Source: Candidatus Sungiibacteriota bacterium
Lineage (GTDB): Bacteria; Patescibacteriota; Minisyncoccia; Sungbacterales; SURF-37
Direction: 5' to 3'
NCBI GenBank assembly: GCA_016186145.1
Contig: JACPMF010000010.1
Span: 8,053-72,052 of the forward strand
Length of the DNA: 64,000 nucleotides
The number at the start of each line of letters is the position of its first letter. Positions within the stretch are counted from its first letter, which is position 1. The position numbers and the translations under genes are program-made. Positions 36,510-47,331 of this stretch are shown here, piece after piece. The notes below the pieces were generated by a model, which did not search any database, had not been told where the DNA came from, and saw only the letters and a program-made list of their open reading frames with translations.

Positions 36510-37619
36510 CTAAACACCTTCTTCTCTCAATTTTTCAATAATCTCCCGCGCTTTTTTAGAAAGTTTTTTAGGCGTCTCAACTTTTATCTCAACCAAAAGA
36601 TCGCCTCGGCCGTAACCGGAAGTATGCGGGACGCCCTTGCCGCGGATTTTTAAAATATCGCCGGACTCGGTGCCTTCCGGGATTTTTAGAGAAATGCTGC
36701 CGTCAGGAGTTGCCGCGTCAACTTTAGAGCCAAGCGCGGCATCGGTAAATTTAATCGGCAAAGACATAATAATATCATCAGCCTGACGCTTGTATATTTT
36801 TGACGGTATAACATGAGTCTTTACGTATAAATCGCCGGGTGTGCCTCGGACAACCGACGCTTCGCCTTTGCCGGAAACTTTTAAAATTTCATTGTTATTT
36901 ATTCCCGCAGGCACAAAAATTTCAATCCGCTCAGCGCGCTCCACCGCCCCCCTGCCCTTGCAAGAACGGCACGGCGTTTCGGGAACCTCGCCTTTCCCCG
37001 CGCACTCCGCGCAAACGCTCACTTGGGAAAATACGCCAAGAATCGTTCTCTGTGTCCGTTCTATCTTGCCGGATCCGTGACAAACCGCGCACGTTATCAT
37101 TTTAGTTTTATCTTCCGCCCCGCTTCCGCCGCATTGCTCACACTGAGAAAGCTTATTCAGCGATACTTCGTGTTTACCGCCAAAAATCATCTCCTCAAAC
37201 TGTATTTCAAGGTCTATCTGAATATCTTTTCCGCGTTTTGTTCTTGGTTCACGCCTTCCTCCTCCGAAGCCAGCGCCGCCGAGCATCTCGTCAAAAACGT
37301 CAGAAAGGTCGAATTCGGCAAAATCTTTAAAATCTCCGCCAAAATTGAACCCGCCAAAACCCCCTGCTTTGCCAAAATCAAATCCGCCTTGCCCAAAAGG
37401 CGACCCGCCCTCAAACACTCTCCCAAATTGGTCGTATTGCGAGCGCTTTTTATCATCTCCCAGTACCTGGTAAGCCTCATTTACTTCTTTGAACCGCTCC
37501 TCATTGCCGCCTTGTTTATCAGGATGATAAATATGCGCCATTTTTCGATAGGCCTTTTTTATGTCCTCTTTTGAGGCATTTCTAGGAACCCCGAGTGTTT
37601 TATAGTAGTCCTTATTCAT
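36510..37619 (-). CDS. dnaJ: Chaperone DnaJ
   Basis: J-domain YYKTLGV...HPDK, G/F region, four CxxCxGxG zinc-finger repeats. Confidence 0.9.
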   Translation of the reverse strand: MNKDYYKTLGVPRNASKEDIKKAYRKMAHIYHPDKQGGNEERFKEVNEAYQVLGDDKKRSQYDQFGRVFEGGSPFGQGGFDFGKAGGFGGFNFGGDFKDFAEFDLSDVFDEMLGGAGFGGGRREPRTKRGKDIQIDLEIQFEEMIFGGKHEVSLNKLSQCEQCGGSGAEDKTKMITCAVCHGSGKIERTQRTILGVFSQVSVCAECAGKGEVPETPCRSCKGRGAVERAERIEIFVPAGINNNEILKVSGKGEASVVRGTPGDLYVKTHVIPSKIYKRQADDIIMSLPIKFTDAALGSKVDAATPDGSISLKIPEGTESGDILKIRGKGVPHTSGYGRGDLLVEIKVETPKKLSKKAREIIEKLREEGV

Positions 37620-37724
37620 AATTCATAATGCGAAAGTTGCAAATTTTATGCGAATATCCCAAATGGGTATCCTATATCTTCAATTCGCGGCATTCGCATA
37701 TCCATTCGTAGTATTTGCATTATA

Positions 37725-38660
37725 TTATAACGTTAATCTCTCCACTTCCACACTTACAGTTTCCCTCTTTATTACCCCGAGCGCAAGAAGCATTTTGATG
37801 GATCCCCAAACGACTCCGAGTGAAATTAAATAAAGCGGAAAGGTAAGCGCCTTAATCGCAAGGAAAAATCCGAAGGCGGATAAATACGGAACATAACGCT
37901 TATACTCTCCGAGAAAATCTTCAATTTTTTGGTTCGCAAGCCGATAAATGAGATTTCCGGCGCGTTCCTTGCCGGAAACATTAATGCCAAGACCTTGTTC
38001 CAGGACTTTCCGCTGCTCTTCCACCAGTTTTTCTATTTGCGATCGAGAAGTTTGAGAGATACCGGTGCTTTTTAACTGATCTTCTGCGTTTTTGCGAAGC
38101 AACTCATCAACAGAAGCCGATGCCTGAAAACCGGGAATGATATTTTGCAAAGCGTCCTCGAGATACGGCAAAGTGAGTTCAAAGGCGGTTTCGGGTATAA
38201 ATGTCTGTTCATCAGAAACAATAATCCTGGAAAAATAAAAAATGGACACCATCACGGCAACAGCGGTGAAAAAAAACGGAAGGCCTTGCCGTAAAACCTT
38301 ATTGACGCCGAATGTATTCTCGCTCTTAGCCGCTTTCCGAATACTGCGATACGCCAATAAACCGAACAAAAGCGTTAACACGAGGCCCGAAATAACCGGC
38401 ATGCTTGCTCTGACAAAAAAGAAGGAGCCCGTGAATGCCGCGAAAACAGCGGCAACTCCCAACCACAACGTCTCCCCGAGCATGGCAACAAGCGCAAGAG
38501 CCGTCGCGAAAAGAAAAAGTGAGGCAATCGGCAAAGAAAAAAGAACACCGTCGCTGAAAACTCCTAAAAAAACAAGCTGCTTCCACAAGTAGGCATTAAA
38601 AATGCCGGAAGTTACGACAAGAATCGCGATGATTAACTCTTTAACACTCATGATTGACAA
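37725..38660 (-). CDS. Hypothetical integral membrane protein, inserted between dnaK and dnaJ
   Basis: Multiple TM helices at both ends with a central soluble region. No family recognised. Confidence 0.45.
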   Translation of the reverse strand: MSIMSVKELIIAILVVTSGIFNAYLWKQLVFLGVFSDGVLFSLPIASLFLFATALALVAMLGETLWLGVAAVFAAFTGSFFFVRASMPVISGLVLTLLFGLLAYRSIRKAAKSENTFGVNKVLRQGLPFFFTAVAVMVSIFYFSRIIVSDEQTFIPETAFELTLPYLEDALQNIIPGFQASASVDELLRKNAEDQLKSTGISQTSRSQIEKLVEEQRKVLEQGLGINVSGKERAGNLIYRLANQKIEDFLGEYKRYVPYLSAFGFFLAIKALTFPLYLISLGVVWGSIKMLLALGVIKRETVSVEVERLTL

Positions 38661-38689
38661 CCAAGATATCTTTCGAGTAACCTTTTTAA

Positions 38690-38822
38690 GGAAGCTATGC
38701 GGCGGCGCGGCCCGGATGCAGGGCGCTCGCCGGAGGCGAGAGGTGCAGGTAAAACCCTGTCACGCCGCACGGCTTCTGCCGCCGGAGTGGATTAGATACC
38801 CACTGCAATTCCGGCGGCTCTT
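38690..38822. other. GC-rich structured intergenic island (candidate small RNA or attenuator) between the membrane gene and dnaK
   Basis: GC content is far above the local average. There are several local hairpins (ctcgcc-gga-ggcgag; cagg-taaaac-cctg; ccgccgga...tccggcgg). Confidence 0.3.
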
Positions 38823-40727
38823 TTATTTTTCGTCGCCTTTTCTATCTTCGTACTCCGCATCCTTTACCTTTCCGCCGCCCGGTTCAGCGTCACCACCTTC
38901 TTGCTTCTTATACAAAAGCTCACCGATTTGCTGAGCCGCAGCAGAAAGTTCCTGCGTTGCCCTTTTTATCGCCTCAGCGTCTTCTCCCTCCTTGGCCTTT
39001 TTTAAGGCTTCGATTTTTTCTTCTATATTCTTTTTCGTATCTGCCGGAATTTTTTCTCCAGCCTCGCGAACGCCCTTTTCAACAGTATAAACGAGAGCTT
39101 CGGCAATATTTTTTGCCTCGATAGCCTCGCGTTTTTTCCGATCGTCCTCCGCATGAATTTCCGCATCTTTCTTCATCCGCTCAATCTCCTCTTTAGAAAG
39201 AGACGCGGACGCCTCAATGCGAACCGATTGCTCTTTTCCCGTCGCCTTATCCTTCGCCTTCACGGATAAAACGCCGTTTGCATCAATGTCGAAAGTAACT
39301 TCAACCTGCGGAACGCCCCGGGGAGACGGAGGAATACCGTCAAGAATAAAACGCGCCAGGGTTTTATTGTCTCGAGCCATCTCCCGCTCACCCTGTAATA
39401 CGTGAATTTCCACTTGGGGCTGATTATCGGCGGCAGTTGAAAAAACCTGCGATTTTGCGGTTGGAACCGTGGTGTTTTTCTCTATAATTCTTGTCATGAC
39501 GCTTCCGAGAGTTTCAATACCAAGCGACAACGGCGTTACATCCAGAAGCAAAACGTCTTTAACGTCTCCCTGCAATATCCCTGCCTGAACCGCGGCGCCA
39601 AGCGCCACGACTTCATCGGGGTTAATAGAGCGATTCGGCTCCTTGTTGAAAAGTTTTTTAACGGCCTCCTGAATCGCGGGCATTCTGGTTTGGCCGCCGA
39701 CAAGAATCACCTCGTCAATGTCATTCAACCCAAAACCGGAATCTTTTACCACTTGCCGGGTAATTTCGGCTGACTTATCAATCATGTCGCGGACCAAATC
39801 TTCAAGTTTGGCGCGGCCGAATCGCATAACCATATGCCGCGGCCCGGACGCATCGGACGTAATAAAGGGTATGTTTATTTCCGTTTCGACTGTCGAAGAA
39901 AGTTCATGCTTTGCCTTTTCAGCGGCCTCTTTCAAGCGCTGCAAAGCCAAAACATCTTTTGCCAAATCAATCCCCTGCTCTTTTTTAAATTCGTCGACAA
40001 GATACTTGATAATGCGCTGATCAAAATCATCTCCCCCAAGATGCGTATCGCCGCCAACCGCCTTCACCTCAATAGTATCTTGCGTGACCTCAAGGACCGA
40101 AAGATCGAACGTACCGCCGCCAAAATCATATACGACGATTTGCTCATCTTTCTTTTTATTAAAACCGTACGCCAAAGCTGCCGCGGTCGGCTCATTCAGG
40201 ATACGGCGCACTTTAAGACCGGCGATCTCGCCTGCCGCCTGCGTGGCCTTCCGCTGGGAATCGTCGAAGTACGCGGGAACGGTAATTACCGCCTCCGTAA
40301 TTTTTCCACCAAGCTGATCTTCAGCATCTTGTTTCAGCTTCTGCAAAACCATTGCTGAAATTTCTTCCGGCCTCCACCACTTACCTTGCCCCGAGCCTGT
40401 CGAGGGGTCGCCCATTTTCACCTCAACGCCGCCATTTGCCGCCTCACGCATCTCATAGGGAAGCCATCCCTTGTCGCGCTTCACTTCAGCGTCAGTAAAC
40501 TTGCGGCCAATAAGCCGCTTTACGGAAAACAGAGTATCTTTCGGATTCGTCACTGCCTGACGCTTCGCGAGCAACCCGGCGAGACGATCGCCGGATTTTG
40601 CCGCAGCGACAATGGAAGGCGTGGTCCGGTTACCCTCTTTGTTTTCAAGTATCCTCGGCTCGCCCGCCTCAACCACGGCCATTGCTGAATTGGTTGTTCC
40701 AAGATCTATTCCTAAAATTTTCTGCAT
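38823..40727 (-). CDS. dnaK: Chaperone DnaK (Hsp70)
   Basis: [34 protein letters not shown], and the full NBD+SBD length. Confidence 0.95.
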   Translation of the reverse strand: MQKILGIDLGTTNSAMAVVEAGEPRILENKEGNRTTPSIVAAAKSGDRLAGLLAKRQAVTNPKDTLFSVKRLIGRKFTDAEVKRDKGWLPYEMREAANGGVEVKMGDPSTGSGQGKWWRPEEISAMVLQKLKQDAEDQLGGKITEAVITVPAYFDDSQRKATQAAGEIAGLKVRRILNEPTAAALAYGFNKKKDEQIVVYDFGGGTFDLSVLEVTQDTIEVKAVGGDTHLGGDDFDQRIIKYLVDEFKKEQGIDLAKDVLALQRLKEAAEKAKHELSSTVETEINIPFITSDASGPRHMVMRFGRAKLEDLVRDMIDKSAEITRQVVKDSGFGLNDIDEVILVGGQTRMPAIQEAVKKLFNKEPNRSINPDEVVALGAAVQAGILQGDVKDVLLLDVTPLSLGIETLGSVMTRIIEKNTTVPTAKSQVFSTAADNQPQVEIHVLQGEREMARDNKTLARFILDGIPPSPRGVPQVEVTFDIDANGVLSVKAKDKATGKEQSVRIEASASLSKEEIERMKKDAEIHAEDDRKKREAIEAKNIAEALVYTVEKGVREAGEKIPADTKKNIEEKIEALKKAKEGEDAEAIKRATQELSAAAQQIGELLYKKQEGGDAEPGGGKVKDAEYEDRKGDEK

Positions 40728-40803
40728 ATCTTTTATTTGACTTATTTTTACTACTATGTTATTTTAAACTCACTATCTAAGATTTGGCCCCTGGAGGTGC
40801 CGC

Positions 40804-41031
40804 ATGATGTTCTTTTATAAAATCTACATTGGAATGTTGGCATTTTGCGATGTCGCAAGTTTTTTCTTAATGATAATTGGTTTTCAGGATAAGGCTTGGC
40901 TAACGGTGCTTTCTGGGGCAATCGGTATAACTCTTTGGACGCCCCTCATTGCCGAAGCGATCTATGACATGTTCATATCTATTTCCAAATCTCAAACCGC
41001 AAATTCGTTGCAAAAGGAAGACACCTTTTAA
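40804..41031 (+). CDS. Small 2-TM membrane protein (GGAGGTG RBS), followed by a second 44-aa hydrophobic ORF (41030..41164)
   Basis: RBS 7 nt upstream. A plus-strand terminator (ccgccg-ttaaac-cggcgg-T5 at about 41493-41517) sits downstream. Confidence 0.3.
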   Translation: MMFFYKIYIGMLAFCDVASFFLMIIGFQDKAWLTVLSGAIGITLWTPLIAEAIYDMFISISKSQTANSLQKEDTF

Positions 41032-41535
41032 TGGAAATGCTTGCATTTCTTGCGCTTCTTGGCGGATTTGCATGGTGGACATGGAAGAGAATTCCCGGAG
41101 AGATTCGCAAGGTGCTTGCGAAGCCCGTCAAAAAGCTCAGAAAAAAGATCACGCCATGGAATTAATCGCTGTGAATGAGAGTTTCCGCAATTCCCGATTC
41201 AAAGTAACGATCCCGATGCGTTCTTTCTTCTCCCCGGCCAGAGGCATCCTGCCGGGAACAGTCATCATACTCACCGGAGAGTTTTTAATCAAAATTTCAC
41301 GAAAATTCCGCTTTAACGGAACCGCAATTCCATCATGCTCCATGAAAGTCGGGATACGATGGGGCAAAAATATGAAGGGAACGGATTGGGTAACAGAAAC
41401 ACGACTCAAGAGATGCGCCATACCGACACCAGAACCGCCCGGCACCTTTCCGCCAAGTAAGGCGATTGAGGAAATAAAACGACTTTCCTTTTCAACCCCT
41501 CGCCGCCGCCGTTAAACCGGCGGTTTTTCTTATAA

Positions 41536-42084
41536 TCAACTTGTTCGGCCTTTCGACAACCTGACCCTCGCGGGCCTCAAGACTTTTTCTCGAAACGCAT
41601 ACCCCCTCTGAACGATTTCAGCAATCCTTCCTTCCACTTGCTCCGATTCAACCTCACCGACGCTTTCGTGTTTTGAAGGGTCAAATTCGTCATCCGCTTT
41701 GACTGCAATTTCTGAAAGTCCGCGTTTTTTCAAAATATCTTCAAGTTGGGAACGGATAAGCAATATACCCTGCTCTTCGAACTTTTGCCGGTCTCCGGAC
41801 GGCCGTTGCCTGCCGCTTTGAGACGCAAGATCAAAACTATCAAGTATTGGTAAAACATCGCCTATCAGGCCGGAAACAATGAATCGAGCCATATCCTCAA
41901 AACGCTTCCCCTCGTCTTTCTTGTAATTGATGTGCTCGGCGCGAGAGCGCTGCCAACCGTCAAGGTATTCCTTCTTGTCAACATCACACTTTTTCAGTTC
42001 CTCTTTAAGCTTCTTTATTTTCTCAGTACTGTCTTGGGCTGAAAATTCCTCATCAGGAACTATTTCTGTTTTTTCTTCTGCCAT
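41536..42084 (-). CDS. grpE: Nucleotide exchange factor GrpE
   Basis: Coiled-coil N-terminus, RSRAEHINYKKDEGKRFEDMARFIVSGLIGDVLPILDSFDLA, and a conserved C-terminal beta domain. Confidence 0.85.
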   Translation of the reverse strand: MAEEKTEIVPDEEFSAQDSTEKIKKLKEELKKCDVDKKEYLDGWQRSRAEHINYKKDEGKRFEDMARFIVSGLIGDVLPILDSFDLASQSGRQRPSGDRQKFEEQGILLIRSQLEDILKKRGLSEIAVKADDEFDPSKHESVGEVESEQVEGRIAEIVQRGYAFREKVLRPARVRLSKGRTS

Positions 42085-42110
42085 GTTTGTCTAAATTTAT
42101 AAGATTGTTA

Positions 42111-42818
42111 TTAATCATTAAAAAGCCGCTGCATTGCCCGTAAAAGAGCAAGATTATGATTATAATCCATTCGGCGGGGGCCGAGAATCCCGAAAACCGC
42201 TTCCTCCCCATACGGCGTCGGACAGCCCGAAATTATCATGGTATAGTTTCTTGCCTCTCTGATGGGATTTTCCTCGCCAATGAACACTCGCGGCTCTTCC
42301 AAGCCCTCGGCCACAAAAAAATCCTTAAAATCATCATCAAGAAAATCAATCAATTCGCTAAACTCGTGAATTCTTTTCTCATCGGCAAATTCCGGATCGC
42401 TAAAAGCCTCGGCAATACCGGATTTGTAAAGAACGCCGCGCCCGAAAAATCCCGCCATGCTGAACTCTCCGGAAAGTTCGCTCAAAAGGCGGCTTGCATG
42501 TTTCAAAAAATTAAACTCATTATTGATGCTCCGAAGCGGGCGGAACGACTTTTCAATTCTCTTCTCTGACTTTGGATCGGGCAGATTCTCGCCAATAAAA
42601 AAGCGATACCCCTTATCGGTAGGAATGCGGCCCGCCGATGTATGCGGCTGAACAATAAATCCGTCTCGGTCAAGACGAAGAAGCTCGTTTCTGACAGTTG
42701 CCGGGCTGTATGGCAGGCGGTATTTTTTCACAAGCTCCCCGGAAGATACCGGCTCAGCCATTTCTACATATTCCTGAATAAGGGCCCCAAGAATAGATTT
42801 TTGCCGTTCCGTTAACAT
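42111..42818 (-). CDS. hrcA: Heat-inducible transcription repressor HrcA (compact)
   Basis: N-terminal wHTH LTERQKSILGALIQEYVEMAEPVSSGELVKKYRLPYSPATVRNELLRLDRDGFI... Ends GILGPRRMDYNHNLALLRAMQRL. Confidence 0.8.
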   Translation of the reverse strand: MLTERQKSILGALIQEYVEMAEPVSSGELVKKYRLPYSPATVRNELLRLDRDGFIVQPHTSAGRIPTDKGYRFFIGENLPDPKSEKRIEKSFRPLRSINNEFNFLKHASRLLSELSGEFSMAGFFGRGVLYKSGIAEAFSDPEFADEKRIHEFSELIDFLDDDFKDFFVAEGLEEPRVFIGEENPIREARNYTMIISGCPTPYGEEAVFGILGPRRMDYNHNLALLRAMQRLFND

Positions 42819-42940
42819 AATTCTGAATTATAAATGCTGAATGCTAAATAGTTTGTAGGGGGTCCTGTAAAAATTTCATTCAACATTCAGAATTTAGCAT
42901 TCAGTATTCTTATCATTATACCCTATCCATTATACTCCGA

Positions 42941-42967
42941 TTAGCAGTCATGTCAAGAGAGTGCTAA
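42941..42967. promoter_or_regulatory. CIRCE operator (HrcA binding site) TTAGCAGTC-N9-GAGTGCTAA
   Basis: Differs from the consensus TTAGCACTC-N9-GAGTGCTAA at one position. It lies about 125 nt upstream of the hrcA start. Confidence 0.65.
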
Positions 42968-42993
42968 TTGAAAAGGCCCCACAAAATGGGGCC
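42968..42993 (-). terminator. Terminator of the ABC transporter gene (ggccccattttgtggggcc plus a T-run on the minus strand)
   Basis: 7-bp GC stem. Confidence 0.5.
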
Positions 42994-43007
42994 TGAAAAC
43001 ACGGCGT

Positions 43008-44807
43008 TTAACCGATAAACCGCTCGGCTTGGAGCGTCCACAACCGCTTATAGATACCGTCATGCTCGAGCAATTCATCATGCTTACCCATCTCAACGAT
43101 CTTCCCCTCGTCAATCACCACAATCCGGTCCATCTGCACGATCGTCGAAAGGCGATGCGCAATCACAATAGCGGTTTTCTTCCGCATCAGATTTTTCATT
43201 GCCTCCTGAATAAGAGATTCTACTTCGGAATCCAAGCTGGAAGTTGCCTCGTCGAGAATAAGAACGGGGGTGCTGGCAAGAATTGCCCGCGCAATCGCCA
43301 CTCTCTGGCGTTCCCCGCCGGAAAGTTTTACGCCGCGCTCGCCGACATAGGTGTCATAACCGTCAGGAAACCCTGAAATAAACTGATGGCAGTTTGCCTG
43401 CATTGCGGCCTCTATCACCATCTCGTCGGTCGCGTCCGGCCTTCCGTAACGAATATTCTCCTTCAATGCCCGGTGGAAAAGAATTGGCTCCTGCGGAACA
43501 AGCGCGATATTCCTTCGCAAGCTTTCCTGCGTGACCGAAGCAATGTTCTGTCCGTCAATGAAAATTCCCCCATCCGCCACGTCATGGAAACGAAGCAGAA
43601 GCGAAACAACCGTGGTCTTACCCGCACCCGACGGACCGACTAAGGCGATTTTCTCTCCGGCCGCAATAGACAGATTAAAATCATCAAGAATTTTCCGCGT
43701 TCCGCGAAAGTTGAATCCGACATTTCTAAATTCAATCGCGCCCCTGCTAACCGCAATCGGCAAAACACCCGGCTTATCTTTCACCTCATACGGCGTCTCC
43801 ATAATTTCGACCATTTCGGACGCATCCGCAAACGACTCATAGATTTTTCGCACCACGCGGCCAAAATCCCAAATACGATGGAATATAACCATAAGAACGC
43901 CCTGTATTAAGGCGAAATCCCCAATAGTAATCCTTCCGTCTCGCCAAAGACGCACCGCGGTGTACATGAGAATAAAGTTAATAATCAGCATCAGTCCGCC
44001 TTGGACCGCATCGGTCACCACATTCACGCGCCACGTAAAAAGCCGGATTCTCGTAAACTCGTCAAGGACCTTCCCGAATAAGGATTTCTCATGCTCCTCT
44101 CTGGAAAAAAGCTTAATCGTAACAATGTTGGCGAGCGCATCGGAAAGCACGCCCGTCGTTTCCGAATCTTTTTCTGCCTTTTCCAAATCGTATTTCATCT
44201 TCCAGATAGCAATTCGATAATAAAGGAAAACAAAAAAAATAACCCATACTGAAAGAAGCGCGCCAAGAATCGGGTAACGCTGAAAAAGCACCGTGAGAAC
44301 CCCCGCGATTGCAACAACGAGCGCGAGCAATTTGTCTTCAACGTTATCCGCAACTTCTTCGAATGACCGGCTTAATCTTCGCACTTTCCTCACCAGTGAT
44401 CCCGTAAAATTATCGGCAAAAAAGCGGTAAGAATGTCCGATGAGATTAGCAAATGCGGTATTTTCCAGATCGCGCATGGTGTAGGCTTCAAACATCGTAT
44501 TCGCAAAACCCCACAAACGATGACCAACCCATTCAGCGGCGCTGATTATACCGTAAAGCGCTATAACTATTTGGATCAAAAGAATGAACGCGACCTCCGG
44601 AGCAAGACCCGCGGAAAGCGTGTCAAAGAACTTTTTCGAGTACCACGAGGCAGTAATTTCAAGCAGAGTAACGCTTATAACAGAGAACATAACAATACCC
44701 GCGGCATACGGATATTTCTTAGCATGCTGAAAAAATACCCGGATCACCGATTTCACGATATTCCTATTCAGCGGCTTTTTTTCCTGCCTTTTCCGCATTA
44801 TGAACAT
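43008..44807 (-). CDS. ABC transporter, fused permease/ATPase (MsbA-like exporter)
   Basis: 6 TM helices, Walker A GPSGAGKTT, signature LSGGERQRVAIARAIL, Walker B ILDEATSSLD. Confidence 0.85.
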   Translation of the reverse strand: MFIMRKRQEKKPLNRNIVKSVIRVFFQHAKKYPYAAGIVMFSVISVTLLEITASWYSKKFFDTLSAGLAPEVAFILLIQIVIALYGIISAAEWVGHRLWGFANTMFEAYTMRDLENTAFANLIGHSYRFFADNFTGSLVRKVRRLSRSFEEVADNVEDKLLALVVAIAGVLTVLFQRYPILGALLSVWVIFFVFLYYRIAIWKMKYDLEKAEKDSETTGVLSDALANIVTIKLFSREEHEKSLFGKVLDEFTRIRLFTWRVNVVTDAVQGGLMLIINFILMYTAVRLWRDGRITIGDFALIQGVLMVIFHRIWDFGRVVRKIYESFADASEMVEIMETPYEVKDKPGVLPIAVSRGAIEFRNVGFNFRGTRKILDDFNLSIAAGEKIALVGPSGAGKTTVVSLLLRFHDVADGGIFIDGQNIASVTQESLRRNIALVPQEPILFHRALKENIRYGRPDATDEMVIEAAMQANCHQFISGFPDGYDTYVGERGVKLSGGERQRVAIARAILASTPVLILDEATSSLDSEVESLIQEAMKNLMRKKTAIVIAHRLSTIVQMDRIVVIDEGKIVEMGKHDELLEHDGIYKRLWTLQAERFIG

Positions 44808-44914
44808 ACTCCTTGTTTTTAGTTAACCGACTCGTGGTACAAAATTAATAAACCACGATATGGATAACTTGTCAAACTCTTCCCTGTACCCCGCGTCTAT
44901 AGTAAAATTTTCTC

Positions 44915-45826
44915 ATGGATTCGCTCAAAACAAAAGCCGGGGTATGGTACAAACTCCACCGCCCGACAAAACAAGAAATCGCGTGGCTTCGGGATGAGTT
45001 TAAGCTCCACGAACTCATTCTTGCGGAACTTCAGCGGCCGACCACCCGACCGAAAGTTCAACGCTTCGACGACCATCTCTACCTCGTCCTCCATTTTCCG
45101 ATCTTCAATGAAAAAGAGCAAAAAACATACCCCCGTGAAATTGATTTTATCATCGGCAAAAAAGAAATCATTACCGTATCGTACGAGCCAATTCCACCGC
45201 TTGATGAATTTTTCAAAACCTGCGCTGTCGACAAATCGTGCCAGGACCTCTATACGTCAAAAACAACTCTCCATTTCCTCTATTACATTATCAAAGAATT
45301 ATACGAATTTTCCCTGCGCCAGCTTGACCATATTCAAGCCAGAATTGGAATTATCGAAGAGGAGGTTTTTTCAGGAAAGGAACGGGACGTAGTTGCTGAA
45401 ATATCAATTGTCGGGAGAGATATTATTGATTTTCGCCGCTCCCTAAAACCCCAAGGCGTTACCATAGATTCGCTTGCCGCAGAAGGAGAGGCGCTTTTCG
45501 GGAAAAATATAATTCCTTTTTTGGAGGGCCTCCAGGGCGAATACCAAAAACTCTGGGGACTTTTGGAAACCCAAAAAGAAACACTGGATGCGCTGTATGA
45601 AACCAACACGACGCTTCTGAACATAAAGCAAAACGATACGACACGCATTCTTACGATTATTGCCACCACAACATTCCCGCTTTCTCTCCTTGCGGCTTTG
45701 CTTGCGACAAATGCGATCTCCAACCCAATCCTCGGCAATGCATATGATTTTTGGATAATTGGAGGACTTCTTGTTTTAGGAGCCGCAATCATTCTTGGGG
45801 CTTTTAAAAAGAATAAATGGTTCTAA
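44915..45826 (+). CDS. CorA-like divalent cation transporter with a non-canonical pore motif
   Basis: Cytoplasmic N-domain plus two C-terminal TM helices (TIIATTTFPLSLLAALLATN ... WIIGGLLVLGAAIILGAF). It has A-T-N where CorA has GMN. Confidence 0.5.
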   Translation: MDSLKTKAGVWYKLHRPTKQEIAWLRDEFKLHELILAELQRPTTRPKVQRFDDHLYLVLHFPIFNEKEQKTYPREIDFIIGKKEIITVSYEPIPPLDEFFKTCAVDKSCQDLYTSKTTLHFLYYIIKELYEFSLRQLDHIQARIGIIEEEVFSGKERDVVAEISIVGRDIIDFRRSLKPQGVTIDSLAAEGEALFGKNIIPFLEGLQGEYQKLWGLLETQKETLDALYETNTTLLNIKQNDTTRILTIIATTTFPLSLLAALLATNAISNPILGNAYDFWIIGGLLVLGAAIILGAFKKNKWF

Positions 45827-45920
45827 TTATTGTAGAAGCAGATTTATACAGATGACAACGCGGACCGATGCGGATCCGCGTGAATCCGCGTAGCTATCCT
45901 TATTTATCCGCTTCTATTTT

Positions 45921-47315
45921 TTGTTGAAACTATACAACTACCTCACTCGCAAAAAAGAAATCCTCCGGCCCATAAAAAAGGGCCGGGGTAGTTTATATAC
46001 CTGCGGCCCAACCGTGTATAACTACGCCCATATCGGCAATTTGCGGACCTATATTTTTGAAGATGTGTTAAGAAGAACCCTCGAGTACCACGGCTATAAA
46101 ACCCGCCATATTATGAACCTGACCGACGTCGACGATAAAACGATCCGCGATTCCAGGAAGGCAGGAAAAACGCTCAAAGAATTCACGGAATTTTATGCAA
46201 AGGAATTTTTTAAAGACCTCGCAAAACTAAATATACTGCGGGCGTTAAAATATCCGCGGGCAACCGCGCATATCCCTGAAATGATTGCATTGATCAACAC
46301 TCTTTTAAAAAGGGGTTTTGCTTATAAAACAGACGACGGGGTTTACTTCGACATCTCAAAATTCAAACGATACGGGAAGCTTTCCGGAGTCAAAAAACAG
46401 AACCTAAAAACAGGGGCACGGGTTGCCGCAGATGAATATTCAAAAGAAGAAGCACGGGACTTTGCGCTTTGGAAGGCGAAAAAACCCGGAGAGCCATCGT
46501 GGGAGGCATCCTTTAATTCGGGCGGCCCCGCCTCCGCTAAAGCTATGGCGGGCAGGCCGGGCTGGCATATCGAATGCTCGGCAATGTCCATGAAATACCT
46601 CGACAAATCTTTCGATATCCATGCCGGGGCGGTTGACCTCCTATTTCCCCACCACGAAGACGAAATCGCCCAGTCCGAAGGGGCGACCGGAAAACAATTC
46701 GTCAAATATTTCATCGAGGGAGAGCACCTTTTGGTTGACGGAAAAAAAATGTCAAAATCTCTAGGTAACATATATACGATGCGGGATCTAGCGGCCAAAG
46801 AATTTAACCCTCTGGATTTCAGATACTTTGCGCTGGGCGCTCATTACCGCACACAATTAAATTTCACATGGAAAGCGCTCGCAGCCGCGGGCCAAGCGCG
46901 AAAAAAATTGGATGATTTTATTCGGATGCTTGCCGAAGAAAAAAAACGGAAAGGCGTCGAGTTAAAACCCTGGAAAGATAATTTTCAAAAATCTCTTGCC
47001 AATGATATTGATACACCAAGAGCTCTTGCCGTCATATGGGATTTAATACGGGAATATAACAAAGCGCCAACCAAATTCGATCCTGCTGCTGTTAAAAAAC
47101 TGCTTATTGATTTTGATCGCGTTTTAGGGTTACGCCTTAAAGAAATCCGCAAGTTTAGCGTTCCGGAAAACATTCAAAAACTCGTCGCAATTCGTGAGAC
47201 GCTCCGCAAAGAAAAGCGCTGGCAGGAAGCCGACAAAATCCGCGAAAAAATTAAAAATTTAGGATTTGCTATCGAGGACACGGCCAAGGGGCCGCTATTA
47301 AGAAAACAACCATAA
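45921..47315 (+). CDS. cysS: Cysteinyl-tRNA synthetase
   Basis: CGPTVYNYAHIGNLR (HIGH) and KMSKSLGN. Confidence 0.9.
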   Translation: MLKLYNYLTRKKEILRPIKKGRGSLYTCGPTVYNYAHIGNLRTYIFEDVLRRTLEYHGYKTRHIMNLTDVDDKTIRDSRKAGKTLKEFTEFYAKEFFKDLAKLNILRALKYPRATAHIPEMIALINTLLKRGFAYKTDDGVYFDISKFKRYGKLSGVKKQNLKTGARVAADEYSKEEARDFALWKAKKPGEPSWEASFNSGGPASAKAMAGRPGWHIECSAMSMKYLDKSFDIHAGAVDLLFPHHEDEIAQSEGATGKQFVKYFIEGEHLLVDGKKMSKSLGNIYTMRDLAAKEFNPLDFRYFALGAHYRTQLNFTWKALAAAGQARKKLDDFIRMLAEEKKRKGVELKPWKDNFQKSLANDIDTPRALAVIWDLIREYNKAPTKFDPAAVKKLLIDFDRVLGLRLKEIRKFSVPENIQKLVAIRETLRKEKRWQEADKIREKIKNLGFAIEDTAKGPLLRKQP

Positions 47316-47331
47316 CGCGATCAATAACTTT

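Noticed and set aside
38770-38800. 13-nt exact match to 16S rRNA (GGATTAGATACCC) inside the GC-rich island
   Set aside because: Too short, and the flanking sequence diverges immediately from 16S. No other rRNA-like sequence nearby. Most likely coincidence.
40949-41515. 188-aa plus-strand ORF between dnaK and grpE
   Set aside because: Arg/Cys-rich, low-complexity translation overlapping better small hydrophobic ORFs. A plus-strand terminator sits at its end, but the long ORF itself looks non-coding. The minus-strand 41149..41445 ORF is equally unconvincing.
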